The notes under the pieces were generated by a model. The model saw nothing but the letters and a program-made list of their open reading frames with translations. It was not told the origin of the DNA and searched no databases. The position numbers were made by a program, and so were the translations under genes. Positions 11,765 to 23,197 of a DNA stretch of 64,000 nucleotides are shown piece after piece. Location: positions 14,632,001 through 14,696,000 of the forward strand of contig NC_043018.1 of assembly GCF_006345805.1 (NCBI RefSeq), given 5' to 3'. Numbering within the stretch: the stretch's first letter is position 1; every line of letters begins with the position of its first letter. The stretch comes from Octopus sinensis. Its lineage: Eukaryota.

Positions 11765-12083
11765 TATATATATATACACACACACATATATATATATATA
11801 GACAGACATGAACACATATATCCACATACATAAATACGTAAGAGAGAGAGAGAGAGAGGACATGCATACATATACACACAGACAGGAGAAAGAAAGAGAG
11901 AAAATCAAGCACACTTATATATTTTTGCAGACAGCCATACGCATTTCTAAACATTTTCATACACAATTATCACCAGAGGCATGCCATGACTGATTTTGCA
12001 AATGTTTAGTAAATAATGGAATCTACTAAAAGATTCTTCAGTAATTCTTCAATTTTATGTTAAATTGCTTTTATATATAACTT

Positions 12084-12303
12084 TATTCTTTTATTCTTTT
12101 ACTTGTTTCAGTCATTTGACTGCGGCCATGCTGGAGCACTGCCGTTAGTCGAACAAATCGACCCCAGAGCAAGCTTATTCTTTGTAAGCCTAGTACTTAT
12201 TCTGTCGCTCTCTCTTGCCGAACCGCTAATTTGCTGTTACGTAAACACACCAGTATCGGTTGTCAAGCGATATTAAGGGGGACAAACACATATGTATATC
12301 TCA

Positions 12304-12363
<60 letters not shown>

Positions 12364-12524
12364 GACGGGCTTCTTCCAGTTTCCGTCTTCCAAATCCACT
12401 CACAGGTTTTGGTCGTCCCGATGCTATAGTAGAAGACACTTGCTCCAGGTGCCACGCAGTGGGGACTGAACCCAGAACCATGTTGTTGATAAGCAAATTA
12501 CTTAACACACAGCCCACTCCTGCG
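12084..12524 (-). mobile_element. SINE family B, near full length, with an internal (CT)n(AT)n tract
   Basis: Head GCGCAGGAGTGGGCTGTGTGTTAAG at the right end and tail GACTGAAACAAGTAAAAGAATAAAAG at the left end. Confidence 0.9.
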
Positions 12525-12549
12525 CAAAAAATATATATATGAACGTGTG

Positions 12550-12608
<59 letters not shown>

Positions 12609-12617
12609 CTCTCTCTC

Positions 12618-12709
<92 letters not shown>

Positions 12710-12940
12710 TACATACATACACACTCATTTGTAAAATAAAAAGGGGGTTGTATGATTGTGTATAGAGGGATATATATTATTCAAGGAATCCCAACTCTGT
12801 CTGTTTTTTTTGTTTATTTATATTCTTTATAATATTAATGTAGAATGTAGAATATATAGTATAAATAGTAAAATGAAATGAAGTATCAATACTTCAGGCA
12901 GACTTTGAATTCCTTTGAATACTATATATATATATATATA

Positions 12941-13802
12941 TACTTTGATACTTTGATACTTTGATACTTTGATAGGTTTCGGCCATTATTGGCCCAGGCC
13001 ATGTCTAACTTAATAGCACCACCTGGTGAAGTCTTTCAAGTCAGAATTTGGGCACTATGGCCCACTCAAGTAGAGAGTTATTGTTTACAGAGACATATCC
13101 GGGTGTAGGGGGTTTATCCGGGATTTCTTGAAGGAATCTGTCCAAAGACTTCTTGAACCCTATAGGGTCAGTTTCTGTTTTAATGTGTTTTGGTGTAATG
13201 TTAAAGAGAGCGGGGCCAATTGAGGTGAAATAATTGTGCCGTATTGTTGTTATGAGATGAGAGTGCGTACCTTAAAGGTGATGCCAACATCATTTGGGCA
13301 ATGCTGATGGAATATTTTCCACATCATGCAGATGATGTAGCGCTCACGACGACGTTGGAGAGAATAGAGTTTTAGCTTTTCTAGTCGACCCCAATAGTCG
13401 AGGCCTGTCATGCCATCTATCTTTTTTGTGATTGCCCTTTGAGGTGCTTCAACTTTTATGATACCTTGTATTGTGTGGGAGACCACAGTGGACAACAGTA
13501 TTCAAGGTGGGGTCGGGCAAAAGGTGGAGAAGAGAAGGATAATGGTGTGGATATCTCTCGACTGGAAAGTTCTGAGAATCCAGGAACACATTCTGCGGGC
13601 CATGTCAACTTTGGTTGTTTATATGAGTGGCCCAGCTTACGTGTTGTCCACAATTACTCCCAAGTCTCTGATGTGTTGGACGCCGCGAGAGTTTCACTGA
13701 AGGAGGGAGTATGGGAGTTTCAGGGCATCCTCTTTTCCAAAGTGGATTAGCTCAAATTTATCCTCGTTCAGCAGCATATTGTTTTTTTCTGCCCATTGGA
13801 TA
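12941..13802 (-). pseudogene. 5'-truncated CR1-type LINE 3' end with an (ATCAAAGT)n octamer tail
   Basis: WAEKNNMLLNEDKFEL, FARPHLEYCCPLWSP and LEKLKLYSLQRRRER motifs. Four copies of TACTTTGA at 12941-12972 (plus strand). Confidence 0.85.
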
Positions 13803-14118
13803 ACAGCCCATTGGATATATATATATGGGCAATTATGCGGATAAGTAAATTAGATACGTTACATATAATATGTTAGAGCATAAAACATAAAATATGTGTA
13901 TATTTGTTTTCCATCGTTTTTCATGTATACATATATACATATTTTGTGTTTCATGCCCGATCTATTATATTATATTTGATATATCTAATTTGTTTAACCG
14001 CATAATTGCCTCTATATCCGCTCAACTTGATCACTCTTATAGCCACTCTCACCCAGTGACATCAATCCCCTGTAAATACTTCGGAGTCTAATCTTCTTGA
14101 GCAGATCTAAGTGTTTTC

Positions 14119-14199
14119 TATACAAAGAATCGATGGATCTCATATGTGGACTATATATATATTATAGTCCACATATGAGATCCATCGATTCTCTGTATA
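14119..14199. repeat. Palindrome with 30-bp perfect arms and a TA-rich spacer
   Basis: AGAATCGATGGATCTCATATGTGGACTATA (14126-55) / TATAGTCCACATATGAGATCCATCGATTCT (14163-92). Confidence 0.9.
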
Positions 14200-14275
14200 T
14201 ATATACCGGAGTAAGCACATAAATGTGAAAACAAGGTGGGAAAAAAGAGTACTCAAATACCAGTGGTAGAGTAAT

Positions 14276-14408
14276 ATGCTTTATTTAAAAAGCAGCAGAA
14301 ATATAATAAAAGGTGTTACTCAGAGTTTCACATTCTTGTCGACGAACGGGAGCGTGAAACTCTGAGTAACAGCTTTTGTTATATTTCTGCTGCTTTTAAA
14401 TAAAGCAT
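14276..14408. repeat. Fold-back with ~55-bp arms whose loop and right arm hold a damaged hammerhead
   Basis: Arms 14276-14331 and 14354-14408. Plus strand reads TGT-C-GACGA-ACG-GGAG-CGT-GAAA-CTCTGAGT-A-ACAG, one base short of a full core. Confidence 0.75.
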
Positions 14409-14413
14409 GCATA

Positions 14414-14451
<38 letters not shown>

Positions 14452-14510
14452 CTTGGTTGGAAATGGATGCGTGGCTTTCAATCAAGTAACAATATAAATA
14501 ATATATATGC

Positions 14511-14541
<31 letters not shown>

Positions 14542-14577
14542 ATATATATTATATATTTATATATATATATTAGTGTG

Positions 14578-14614
<37 letters not shown>

Positions 14615-14823
14615 TGTTTTTGCAAACGCTTGTGTATGCAAGTGCTACAAGACGAGAGCTCTGCATACCGGAAGCCAGCAAGTGTATGGGGTCATCAAGA
14701 GAGAATGCGCACCGTTTCGGGGCCTACCTCTGGACGGCATCAATGCACACCGGTCCCCCTCACTGATATGAGGCCCCGCTTGCTAGATCAACTGGGTATT
14801 AAATATAGCATATGTTTAATACC

Positions 14824-15350
14824 CAGGACGTCACCAACAGTAAACAACATGAAATACGAAAACAACCGAAAGTGAGAGAAAAGCAACGAGAGAGAGAGAG
14901 AAAAGGAGGAAGAGGGAGAGAGAGATAGAAAACGGTGAAGGGGAGAAAGAAGGAATTAGAGAAAAGGATGAGAGAGAAAACGATGGGTACAGGACGTCAC
15001 CAACAGTAAACAACATGAAATACGAAAACAACCGAAAGTGAGAGAAAAGCAACGAGAGAGAGAGAGAGAAAAGGAGGAAGAGGGAGAGAGAGATAGAAAA
15101 CGGTGAAGGGGAGAAAGAGGGAATTAGAGAAAAGGATGAGAGAGAAAACGATGGGTACAGGACGTCACCAACAGTAAACAACATGAAATACGAAAACAAA
15201 TGAGTTAAATACGCAAACAGCGAGAGAAGCAAATGGAAAACAGAACAAGTAACACAAAGAACGACCCTTCATCAGTTGTCGGCTGTCTGTGTACTCCTCA
15301 TTTCGAGCATTGAACGACAATATGAGTCATCGAAGACAGTTGCTCCCATA
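14824..15350 (+). mobile_element. PLE-terminus-like repeat family F with a tandem ~167-bp duplication
   Basis: CAGGACGTCACCAACAGTAAACAACATGAAATACG starts at 14824, 14990 and 15158. Related sequence lies at 18218, 24093 and 48050-48510. Confidence 0.7.
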
Positions 15351-15993
15351 CATGTAGACAGAGATATAGAGTGTGAGATAGAGACAGAGAGAGAGAGACA
15401 GAGAGAGAGGGGAGAACAGAGAGAGCGACAGAGACAGAGAATAAATAAAAACAAAGTAAGAGTAACCTTGGTAACACACGTTAATGTTCAAATGGATAGG
15501 AGCTTAAACTTCTTCATCCAGAGCAGGTGACTCGGCATCGAAAGTTAGCTTTTAGAATAACAATGCCAAGAAATGTGAGAGAGGGTGGGAGCGAGAAGAA
15601 GAGAAGTGGAAGGAACGAAGATAGTGTGAGAGGGGCTAAAGGAAAAAGTAGGGGTCGTACAGAATTTATATATATATATATATATATATATAGGGATTAC
15701 CAATCCGGGCAAAATACTTCATAAGCACTCTGTTGGCACACCACGCTAACAATAGTATTTAGCTTTGTGAATTACTCCAGGAAATCTTTTGTTAGGGTCC
15801 CTGGTTACGGTTCATCACAACTCTATTTTGTAAGTTCGTGGGTGGGCTCCAGATAAACTGGTTATTTTAGGTAGTGGGTAGCGATTTTCTTCACTACTTC
15901 AGGGAGTGACGACCCTGCCTGACACGAGTCCCGGGCTCAGCTCGCTGGATAGGGTCCGGTATGAATAGGAGTCCGGCTGGATAGGGGCCCGGT

Positions 15994-16145
15994 TTGGGCC
16001 CCTATCCAGGGTTACGGAAAGGAGACAACCTTCAAAGAAATCCGGATTGGAGCCCTGTAGATGGTTTAGTTGGGCCCCTATCCAGGGTTACGGAAAGGAG
16101 ACAACCTTCAAAGAAATCCGGATTGGAGCCCTGTAGATGGTTTAG
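15994..16145 (+). repeat. Exact 76-bp tandem duplication preceded by a 14-bp-stem hairpin
   Basis: TTGGGCCCCTATCCAGG...GATGGTTTAG occurs twice (15994-16069, 16070-16145). CTGGATAGGGGCCC/GGGCCCCTATCCAG lies at 15977-16009. Confidence 0.9.
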
Positions 16146-17061
16146 TGTTCGACTCGACATTCTTCCGGCAGCTCCTGTAACCAAGCTGTTGCCAAACGTA
16201 ATGCTCTTCACTCCTTTGGACTACACATTCGCTTACTTCCCAAAATGTAATACTCTTAGCTTTGGTTTTTAGGGCCAACCAATTTTGAACAGTCTTATGT
16301 GCAATAGGCCCAAAGTGTAATGATAATTGGTAGCTTGACTGATGAATAGAGGGCTACGAATAATCTGTCCTGGCTTTTCCTCTCCGTCTTTGTATCGTCT
16401 ATCTGTCCGTATGTTTTTACTGTCGCCCGTTACGTTCTTACTCCGTTTTGGGATTTATATATATATCCACGGTTACTACAGTGAATATGCCTTTAAAAGT
16501 TGAAATATGTCACAAACATAATTTAACTATCCTAAAGCTCGCTTGTGCCAAAACACTGGTTGGTGTTGATATTGCTGTAATTTTTCCAGCCTGGATGTCT
16601 AATGCCGCGACTCAGCCAATGTTGTTGACTATGTTTTAGTTAAAGCTACGACTTTAATTAAGTATGTCCAGAGTTGTCTCTCTTCGGTATTTCTCATTGA
16701 TACAGGCTAAAGAGCTAGAACCGTATCTGAGAATCGCACACAGGATGGCGATGGGGTGGGCACTATACAGATATGGCGTTTTTACACCTTTTTACCACCA
16801 GAGAGAATTTGTTTCCGTGGTAAGTGCAGTGAATTTGCGTTCAGAAGTTGAAATATATCATAAACATATTTTAACTAAGTTCGCTTAGAAAATAAGTGAC
16901 AACCCAGATCTTGCAACAAGCAAATTAGATAGTCAGTACAAGAGATGAAAGTAATAACTATACTGAGAACCTAATTAGTTTGTTGCGAGGTCATTTACTG
17001 GTTGATTTTCTATATATTGCGAGCTGGTGCGGGCTACTGCTATCTCTTGAGGAGGAGTATC

Positions 17062-17108
17062 CACCACCGAGGATGAGTACAAAGAGCTCGAAACTGTACG
17101 GTCTGGTG
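17062..17108 (+). ncRNA. Minimal type-I hammerhead motif with a CCGAGGA core
   Basis: CACCA-CCGAGGA-T-GAGT-ACAAAGA-GCTC-GAAA-CTGTACGGT-C-TGGTG: 5-bp stem I, 4-bp stem II, near-palindromic stem III, GUC triplet. Confidence 0.7.
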
Positions 17109-17287
17109 ATCCTCTCGCTGGAATATGGTAGAGGTTCGCTCTCCTGCTTGCAATAAATATCAGGTGCAGATTGCATCGAATGACCAGCTGGAGGAGACGC
17201 CCTCCAGAGGTTAAAATGGTAGTAAGGACAGTTCCTACGGAACAGACATGTTGAAGTGGCGATAAACATTACTACTTATGTATATAT

Positions 17288-17685
17288 GTTGGAGTGGCTG
17301 TGGGGTAAGTAGCTTGTTTACCAACCACACATGGTTCCGGGTTCAATCCCACTGCGTGGCACCTTGGGCACGTGTCTTCTACTATAGCCTCGGTCCGACC
17401 AAAGCCTTGTAAGTGGATTTGGTAGAGGGAAACTAAAAGAAACCCGCCGTATATATGTATATGTATATGTGTGTATATGTTTGTGTGCCTGTGTTTGTCC
17501 CCCCCCAACATCGCTTGACAACCGATGCTGGTGTGCTTACGTCCCCGTAACTTAGCGGTTTGGCAAAAGAGACCGATAGAATATGTACTAGGCTTACAAA
17601 GAATATGTCCTGGCGTCGATTTGCTCGACTAAAGGCGGTGCTCCAGCATGGCCGCAGTCAAATGACTGAAACAAGTAAAAGAGTA
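17288..17685 (+). mobile_element. SINE family B, full length
   Basis: GGAGTGGCTGTGGGGTAAGTAGCTTG... through ...CAAATGACTGAAACAAGTAAAAGAG, with an internal (TA/TG)n tract. Confidence 0.9.
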
Positions 17686-17744
17686 TATGTATGTGTATAC
17701 ACACACACACACATATAAATAAATAAATGGAGTTAAAAGCAGGT

Positions 17745-18126
17745 GTCAGACAATTTCTACGACCACATCACTCCTAACACCTAGTCACCTAACTCCCCTA
17801 ACTGCAACCCCCTTGATTATTATGTGTAAGGTGCAGTTGAGCGGAAAGATCAACAAAACTCCTTGTAACACCAAAGATGAACTGAAGGCAAGGATTATGG
17901 CAGCATTCACCAATTTAAACAAGGAGACCTTCCAGAAGAGTTACAGGAGATTCCAAAGTCGTCTGGAGGCTGTGGTTGAATACAATGGCGATTTTATTGA
18001 ATGAATTTACTCTCAAGCATTTCAAGGTATTTTCATGTAATTTGGGTAGATATGTTAAAATGAGATGTCAGTGTTATTTTCATTTTGCCTGCGTAATTTA
18101 GACGACAATTTATTCAACGCACCCTG
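17745..18126 (+). pseudogene. Tc1/mariner-superfamily transposase C-terminus plus right TIR
   Basis: SPNSPNCNPLDYYV*GAVE...KDELKARIMAAF...RLEAVVEYNGDFIE*. The element ends ...AACGCACCCTGT, a Tc1-like terminus. Confidence 0.8.
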
Positions 18127-18862
18127 TGTGTGTATATATATAAACAATATAAATAATATATACATATATACATACATATATGTACATACCTACATATATA
18201 TGTATATATACATGCTTATATGGGTACAGGACATCAAAAAAAAAACGTTGAACACAATGAGAAACAAAAGCAAAAACATAGAAAACGAACTTTTTTTCGA
18301 AACATGAAAAAACCCCCCAAACAAACAGAGAAACGAGACATGCAACATAAAGAATATTCCCCTTCATCAGTTGTCCCTGTTTCATCTACTCCGCGTTTCG
18401 ACTGCTGTGCTGTGTGGTGTAATCCCTAATTAATGACGTCATTTTTGCTGAATTGATGCGTGTCTGTGTATATATACGTATATACATACATACGTACATA
18501 TATACATATATGTATTATGCATATGTGTGTGTATGTGTGTGTGTATATTTGTGTGGGTGGTTGTTTGTTAGAACGTGTAAAGAAGCTGTGTATTACATGT
18601 ATTTAACTCAATATGGAGCTTTAAATTTCTTTTCAGTTTTTGGCTGCATATTAGCTGTGTAAGACTGTATGCATGTATATGCATATATATATATATATAT
18701 ATTATATATATAATATATATATATAATATATATATATATATAATATATATATTATATATAATATATGTAGTTAATCCAAACAAGAAAACAAAAGGACAAA
18801 AACGCAAGGACGTGGAACAAGTAAAGTTTTATTGGAAGCTCAGAAAGAAGGGAAGAAGGAGG

Positions 18863-18897
18863 GTTTGACGTTTCGAGCAGAGCTCTTCGTCGGAAAC
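18863..18897 (-). ncRNA. Minimal type-I hammerhead motif with a CCGACGA core
   Basis: GTTT-CCGACGA-A-GAGC-TCT-GCTC-GAAA-CGT-C-AAAC: all three stems pair, palindromic ACGU stem III, GUC triplet. Confidence 0.7.
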
Positions 18898-19612
18898 ATA
18901 GGAGAAGGAAAGATCCCGAGAAGGGAAGACAGAGGAAAAAAATCGCTAGTGATACAGACGAGGTCACATACTAAATATATTCGTATAAGATATCGTGTAC
19001 ATTAAAACACATTAAGAGGCTTCCATCATAGGTAAGCCTTGTGATAGAAAGAGCAGTAGAAAACTCAAACCACTAATTAAGGATAAATTTTCGAAAGGAA
19101 TGAAAAATAAAAAACATTTACCATCTAATTTAGTTCCTAGACCATGGTTTCTGACTAATTTTATTTGTGCTAGGCCAGTGGTAATAGTAATTTCTATAAT
19201 TCTTATTACCCTAATATTATTTAGTATATATATATATATATATTATATAAATTAGAGACATAACCACTATTAGGCAAATCAAACAATGAAAGACTTAAGC
19301 CAATACATATGATTAATTTATATTATTTAAATATGTAACATATGTGCATATATGTGCGTGAATGTGTTTTATTCAGGATTTATTAAAGTTTTATTTTTTC
19401 CATTTGGAGAATTCCAGCTGGCCATTATTCACGTGACAAAGGTCTTTTGTTTCAGTCAGGACAGGTGCTGGCTGCTTGTGGTCATCGGAATCGGTTGATG
19501 TATATATGTATATATATGCATGTTGGTTCTAATGAATAACTTGTACTAGTCTGTATGCGTTTGTAGCTTATACTCGCACCCACATATATGCATGTACGTG
19601 TGTGGTGCGAGT

Positions 19613-19655
<43 letters not shown>

Positions 19656-19864
19656 GCTCACAGTTAGACATATTGGCACTTGTAGGTTCACGTGTACAAA
19701 AGATCATATACACACCAAAAACACTCAAATGTTATCACGTAAACATATAAAAATATATTTCCTAAATATACAGTGTCACAAAAAAATATTATACACACAG
19801 TCACGAAAACTCATATACACACTCACAGATACGCACATATATATGCATATTTACACACACACAG

Positions 19865-19909
<45 letters not shown>

Positions 19910-20006
19910 TATCCGTAAACGCTTTCACTTAACATGTCCCAGTCTCGAATTCTCTCATACAAAAAACGCACACGTACACATACAATTCACATAAACACGC
20001 GCGCGT

Positions 20007-20044
<38 letters not shown>

Positions 20045-20179
20045 CAACACACAATACACACACACATACAGACAGACATACAGACAGACATAGAGACAAG
20101 AGACAACGAACAAACAAAGGCTCTTTTGTGTCTCGCGTTTCAGAAACTTCTTTCCGTTGGAAATTTTATGTCGGACATT

Positions 20180-20369
20180 TAATATTGTCAGTATTGTTGA
20201 TGCTGTTGCTGTTGTTGGTGATGGTGGTGGTGGTGGTGGTGGTGGTGGTGGTGGTGTCGAATATTATCACAATGATGATAATCATCCTAATGTTAGTGAT
20301 AAACATTATATTGATGATAAAGAAGAAGAAGAAGAAGAAGGTGTATAATGGTGTTGGTGATGGTGATGA

Positions 20370-20403
<34 letters not shown>

Positions 20404-20470
20404 GGTGGACAATGGTGATGGTGATGATGATGATGATCGTGATGGTGGTGGTGGTGGTGGCGATGATGGT
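20180..20470. repeat. Compound (GGT)n/(GAT)n/(GAA)n trinucleotide block
   Basis: Direct inspection. Confidence 0.9.
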
Positions 20471-20886
20471 TTGGTTATGATTGCGTCAGAGGATCTGATC
20501 AAGACAATAAGTGTTGTTTTAAACCAAATTTCTAATCGAACCGATGTATAATGTGAGCGCTCCAGCTGTGACTACCTCGTTTTTATTTTTCTTGACTGCA
20601 TTTGAAACCTACGTTATACAATGTACTCCTCTCTCTCTTTTTTTTTTTAATTTGTTCAGCTGATAGGGTGATTCGAGGGTGATTTGGCTGCTACTTCTAA
20701 CAAGTTGAGAGACTACTTTGTGATGGTTGCGCGGGGTTGGGATGTGATGGCAGTTGGAAGTTTTGTAATGTGACAGGATTAAGATTGCATCAGTCAACCT
20801 CTTCGTCAGCATCCCCATCGTCATCGTCGTCATCGTTGTCATCATCTGTCATCTTCAACACCCTCCGCATCTGCAGCGGCAGCGGT

Positions 20887-21065
20887 GTGGAGGCGCAATG
20901 GCCCAGTGGTTAGGGAAGCGGACTCGTGGTCGTAAGAACGCGGTTTCGATTCCCAGACCGGGCATTGTGAGTGCTTATTGAGCAAAAACACCTAAGCTCC
21001 ACGAGGCTCCGGCGGTGGGGGGTGGGGGTGAACCCTGCTGTACTCTTTCACCACAACTTTCTCCC
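20887..21065 (+). mobile_element. SINE family A, 5' half
   Basis: GTGGAGGCGCAATGGCCCAGTGGTTAGGG...GTTTCGATTCCCAGACCGGG...CACCACAACTTTCTC. Confidence 0.85.
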
Positions 21066-21217
21066 TACTTCTTCCACAAAGCAGAGGAACCATGGTGTAA
21101 CTCACTATGGTGTGGTAAACTTTCAGACCCTAGTCTAGTTTGCGAATCCTCTGTACCCCAGGATGGTTCAGCTCTCCACCCATTAAAAAGCCACTGTTTA
21201 CGGAATGAGGATAACAA

Positions 21218-21334
21218 CGTAGTTGCTAAGTTGCGGGGATGTAAACACACCAACGCCGGTTGTCAAGCGATGATGGGGTGGGGACAAACGCAAACACAAA
21301 CACAAAGGCACATACACATAGATATACACATATG

Positions 21335-21374
<40 letters not shown>

Positions 21375-21550
21375 TATAGGCATATATATATACGACAGGC
21401 TTCTTTCAGCTTCCGTCTACCAAATCCACTCACAAGGCTTTGGTCAACCCGTGGATTTAGCAGAAGGCGCTTGCCCAAAGTGCCACGCAGTGGGACTGAA
21501 CCCGGAACCAGGTGGCTCTGAAGCAAGCTTCTTACCACACAGCCACGCCT
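21218..21550 (-). mobile_element. SINE family B, 3'-truncated
   Basis: Head at 21500-21550 (reverse complement GGCGTGGCTGTGTGGTAAGAAGC) and an internal (TA)n tract. Confidence 0.85.
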
Positions 21551-21759
21551 GTTTTCTTTCTTTATTTTATCACAAATAATTTTGTTTTTATATCTGAAAA
21601 TAGAATGCTATAATCGGTAATGTGTAAGAAAAAAAATATCCTAGTGAAGTCCTAGTTAAGTTATCGATTAAGCGTATATTTCCCATATCTTGTCCTACCA
21701 AGAAAAAAAAAAAAAAAAAGAAATTATTTTTAGCATTTCGTCTGTTATTTCATATCGCT

Positions 21760-22150
21760 CATTTGATTCGGCAAGGGTATCCCATCTCATCTCTTCTGTG
21801 CATACTGGAGGTATGTACTGTAACGGCGTATAAGTATTCGATTCCATTCTATAGGAATATGAGACGATTGCAGGAGCATAGGCACATCCGGACAAGTTGG
21901 TGGGCTTGCGGTCCGACACCTGAACAAGCAAGTCTAGGCCACCGAACAATGTAGTATGTTGCTAGAATGATGGACCGGTTAAATTGCTCGGCTATTGTCA
22001 TGTGAAGGGCGGTTCCGATTATTGGCCGAATCTGTCATGAGGATCAATTTCATCACCCACAAAGCTAAGCTGGTTCCTTCTCGAACCATCCCTGGCTGGT
22101 TTCTCGGTTTCTTTGGCGTATAAGTTTCCCACCTGGACCGGAAGCCGGTC
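21760..22150 (+). pseudogene. Degenerate L1/Tx1-clade RT fragment
   Basis: IRQGYPISSLLCILE (QG.PLSPLL motif) and DGPVKLLG, with many lesions. Confidence 0.55.
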
Positions 22151-22288
22151 CGTCGCAGGTGAGCTACAAAGATGCAGGAGGAAAGAGTGAGAGAAAGTTG
22201 TGGCGAAAGAGTCAGCAGAAGTTGCCATCATCGTTTGCCAGAGCCGCGTGGAGCTTAGGTGTTTCGCTCATAAACACACACACATAAC

Positions 22289-22328
<40 letters not shown>

Positions 22329-22339
22329 TAATAATAATA

Positions 22340-22391
<52 letters not shown>

Positions 22392-22424
22392 TATATTATT
22401 ATTATTATTATTATTATTATATGA

Positions 22425-22700
22425 ATTAGAAAGCAGTGCATGCCTTCAAAGTGACACTGGGGTAAAATATATGAAGCCCAGTATACCTATCATGACTACC
22501 CTTCTGACAAGAGTGCATGTGCGTGACATGGGGATCACATATCATGGGGATCACTTATCAAGGGTTGTTTAAGGACGTTGAACGAAATACCCATGTTTCC
22601 AAAGGTGAATTATCCAAACGCTAAAGAATTTCTCACAACACATAGCCATGATGCTCCCCCATTACTTCTGCTCGTGATCGGAGATGCACTTATTGTCAGC
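22425..22700. mobile_element. Family E (~555-bp (AAT)n-flanked element), internally deleted copy
   Basis: GCAGTGCATGCCTTCAAAGTGACACTGGGG...TCAGCCAC matches 29748-30306 with the middle missing. It follows an (AAT)n/(ATT)n tract. Confidence 0.8.
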
Positions 22701-22720
22701 CACCAGAAAGAAAGAAAGAG

Positions 22721-22758
<38 letters not shown>

Positions 22759-22946
22759 TGTGTGTGTGAAAGAGAGAGAGACATACGTGATGTGTCGTAT
22801 TCTCATGGGTAACAACACGAACACGCTGGCACGCACGCACACTTATATACATACACTTATTTTTTAAAGTTACATATGTATATATGTATATATGTATGTT
22901 CGTTAGTATGAGCGCACGTACTTAAATATACATTCATACGTATATG

Positions 22947-22978
<32 letters not shown>

Positions 22979-23166
22979 TGTATGTGTATGTATGTATGTA
23001 TGTATGTATGTATATATGTGTGCATATGTATGTATGCATGTATGTATGTATATATGTATATATGTATATATGTATGTTCGTTAGTATGAGCGCACGTACT
23101 TAAATATACATTCATACGTATATGTATGTATGTGCGTATGTATGTATGTGTATGTGTGTATATATG

Positions 23167-23197
<31 letters not shown>

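Noticed and set aside
14700-14780. GGGGCCT/AGGCCCC stem followed by GAAAC on the minus strand as a hammerhead
   Set aside because: There is no CNGANGA box in register, and the would-be cleavage triplet is GUG.
15900-16010. HDV-like ribozyme in the GC-rich segment
   Set aside because: I could not build the P1/P1.1/P2/P3 nested pseudoknot by eye.
20887-20965. tRNA-like sequences with A/B boxes (also 54450-54523, 24791-24865, 17288-17360)
   Set aside because: They continue into shared SINE bodies and lack a complete cloverleaf, so they are SINE heads rather than tRNA genes.
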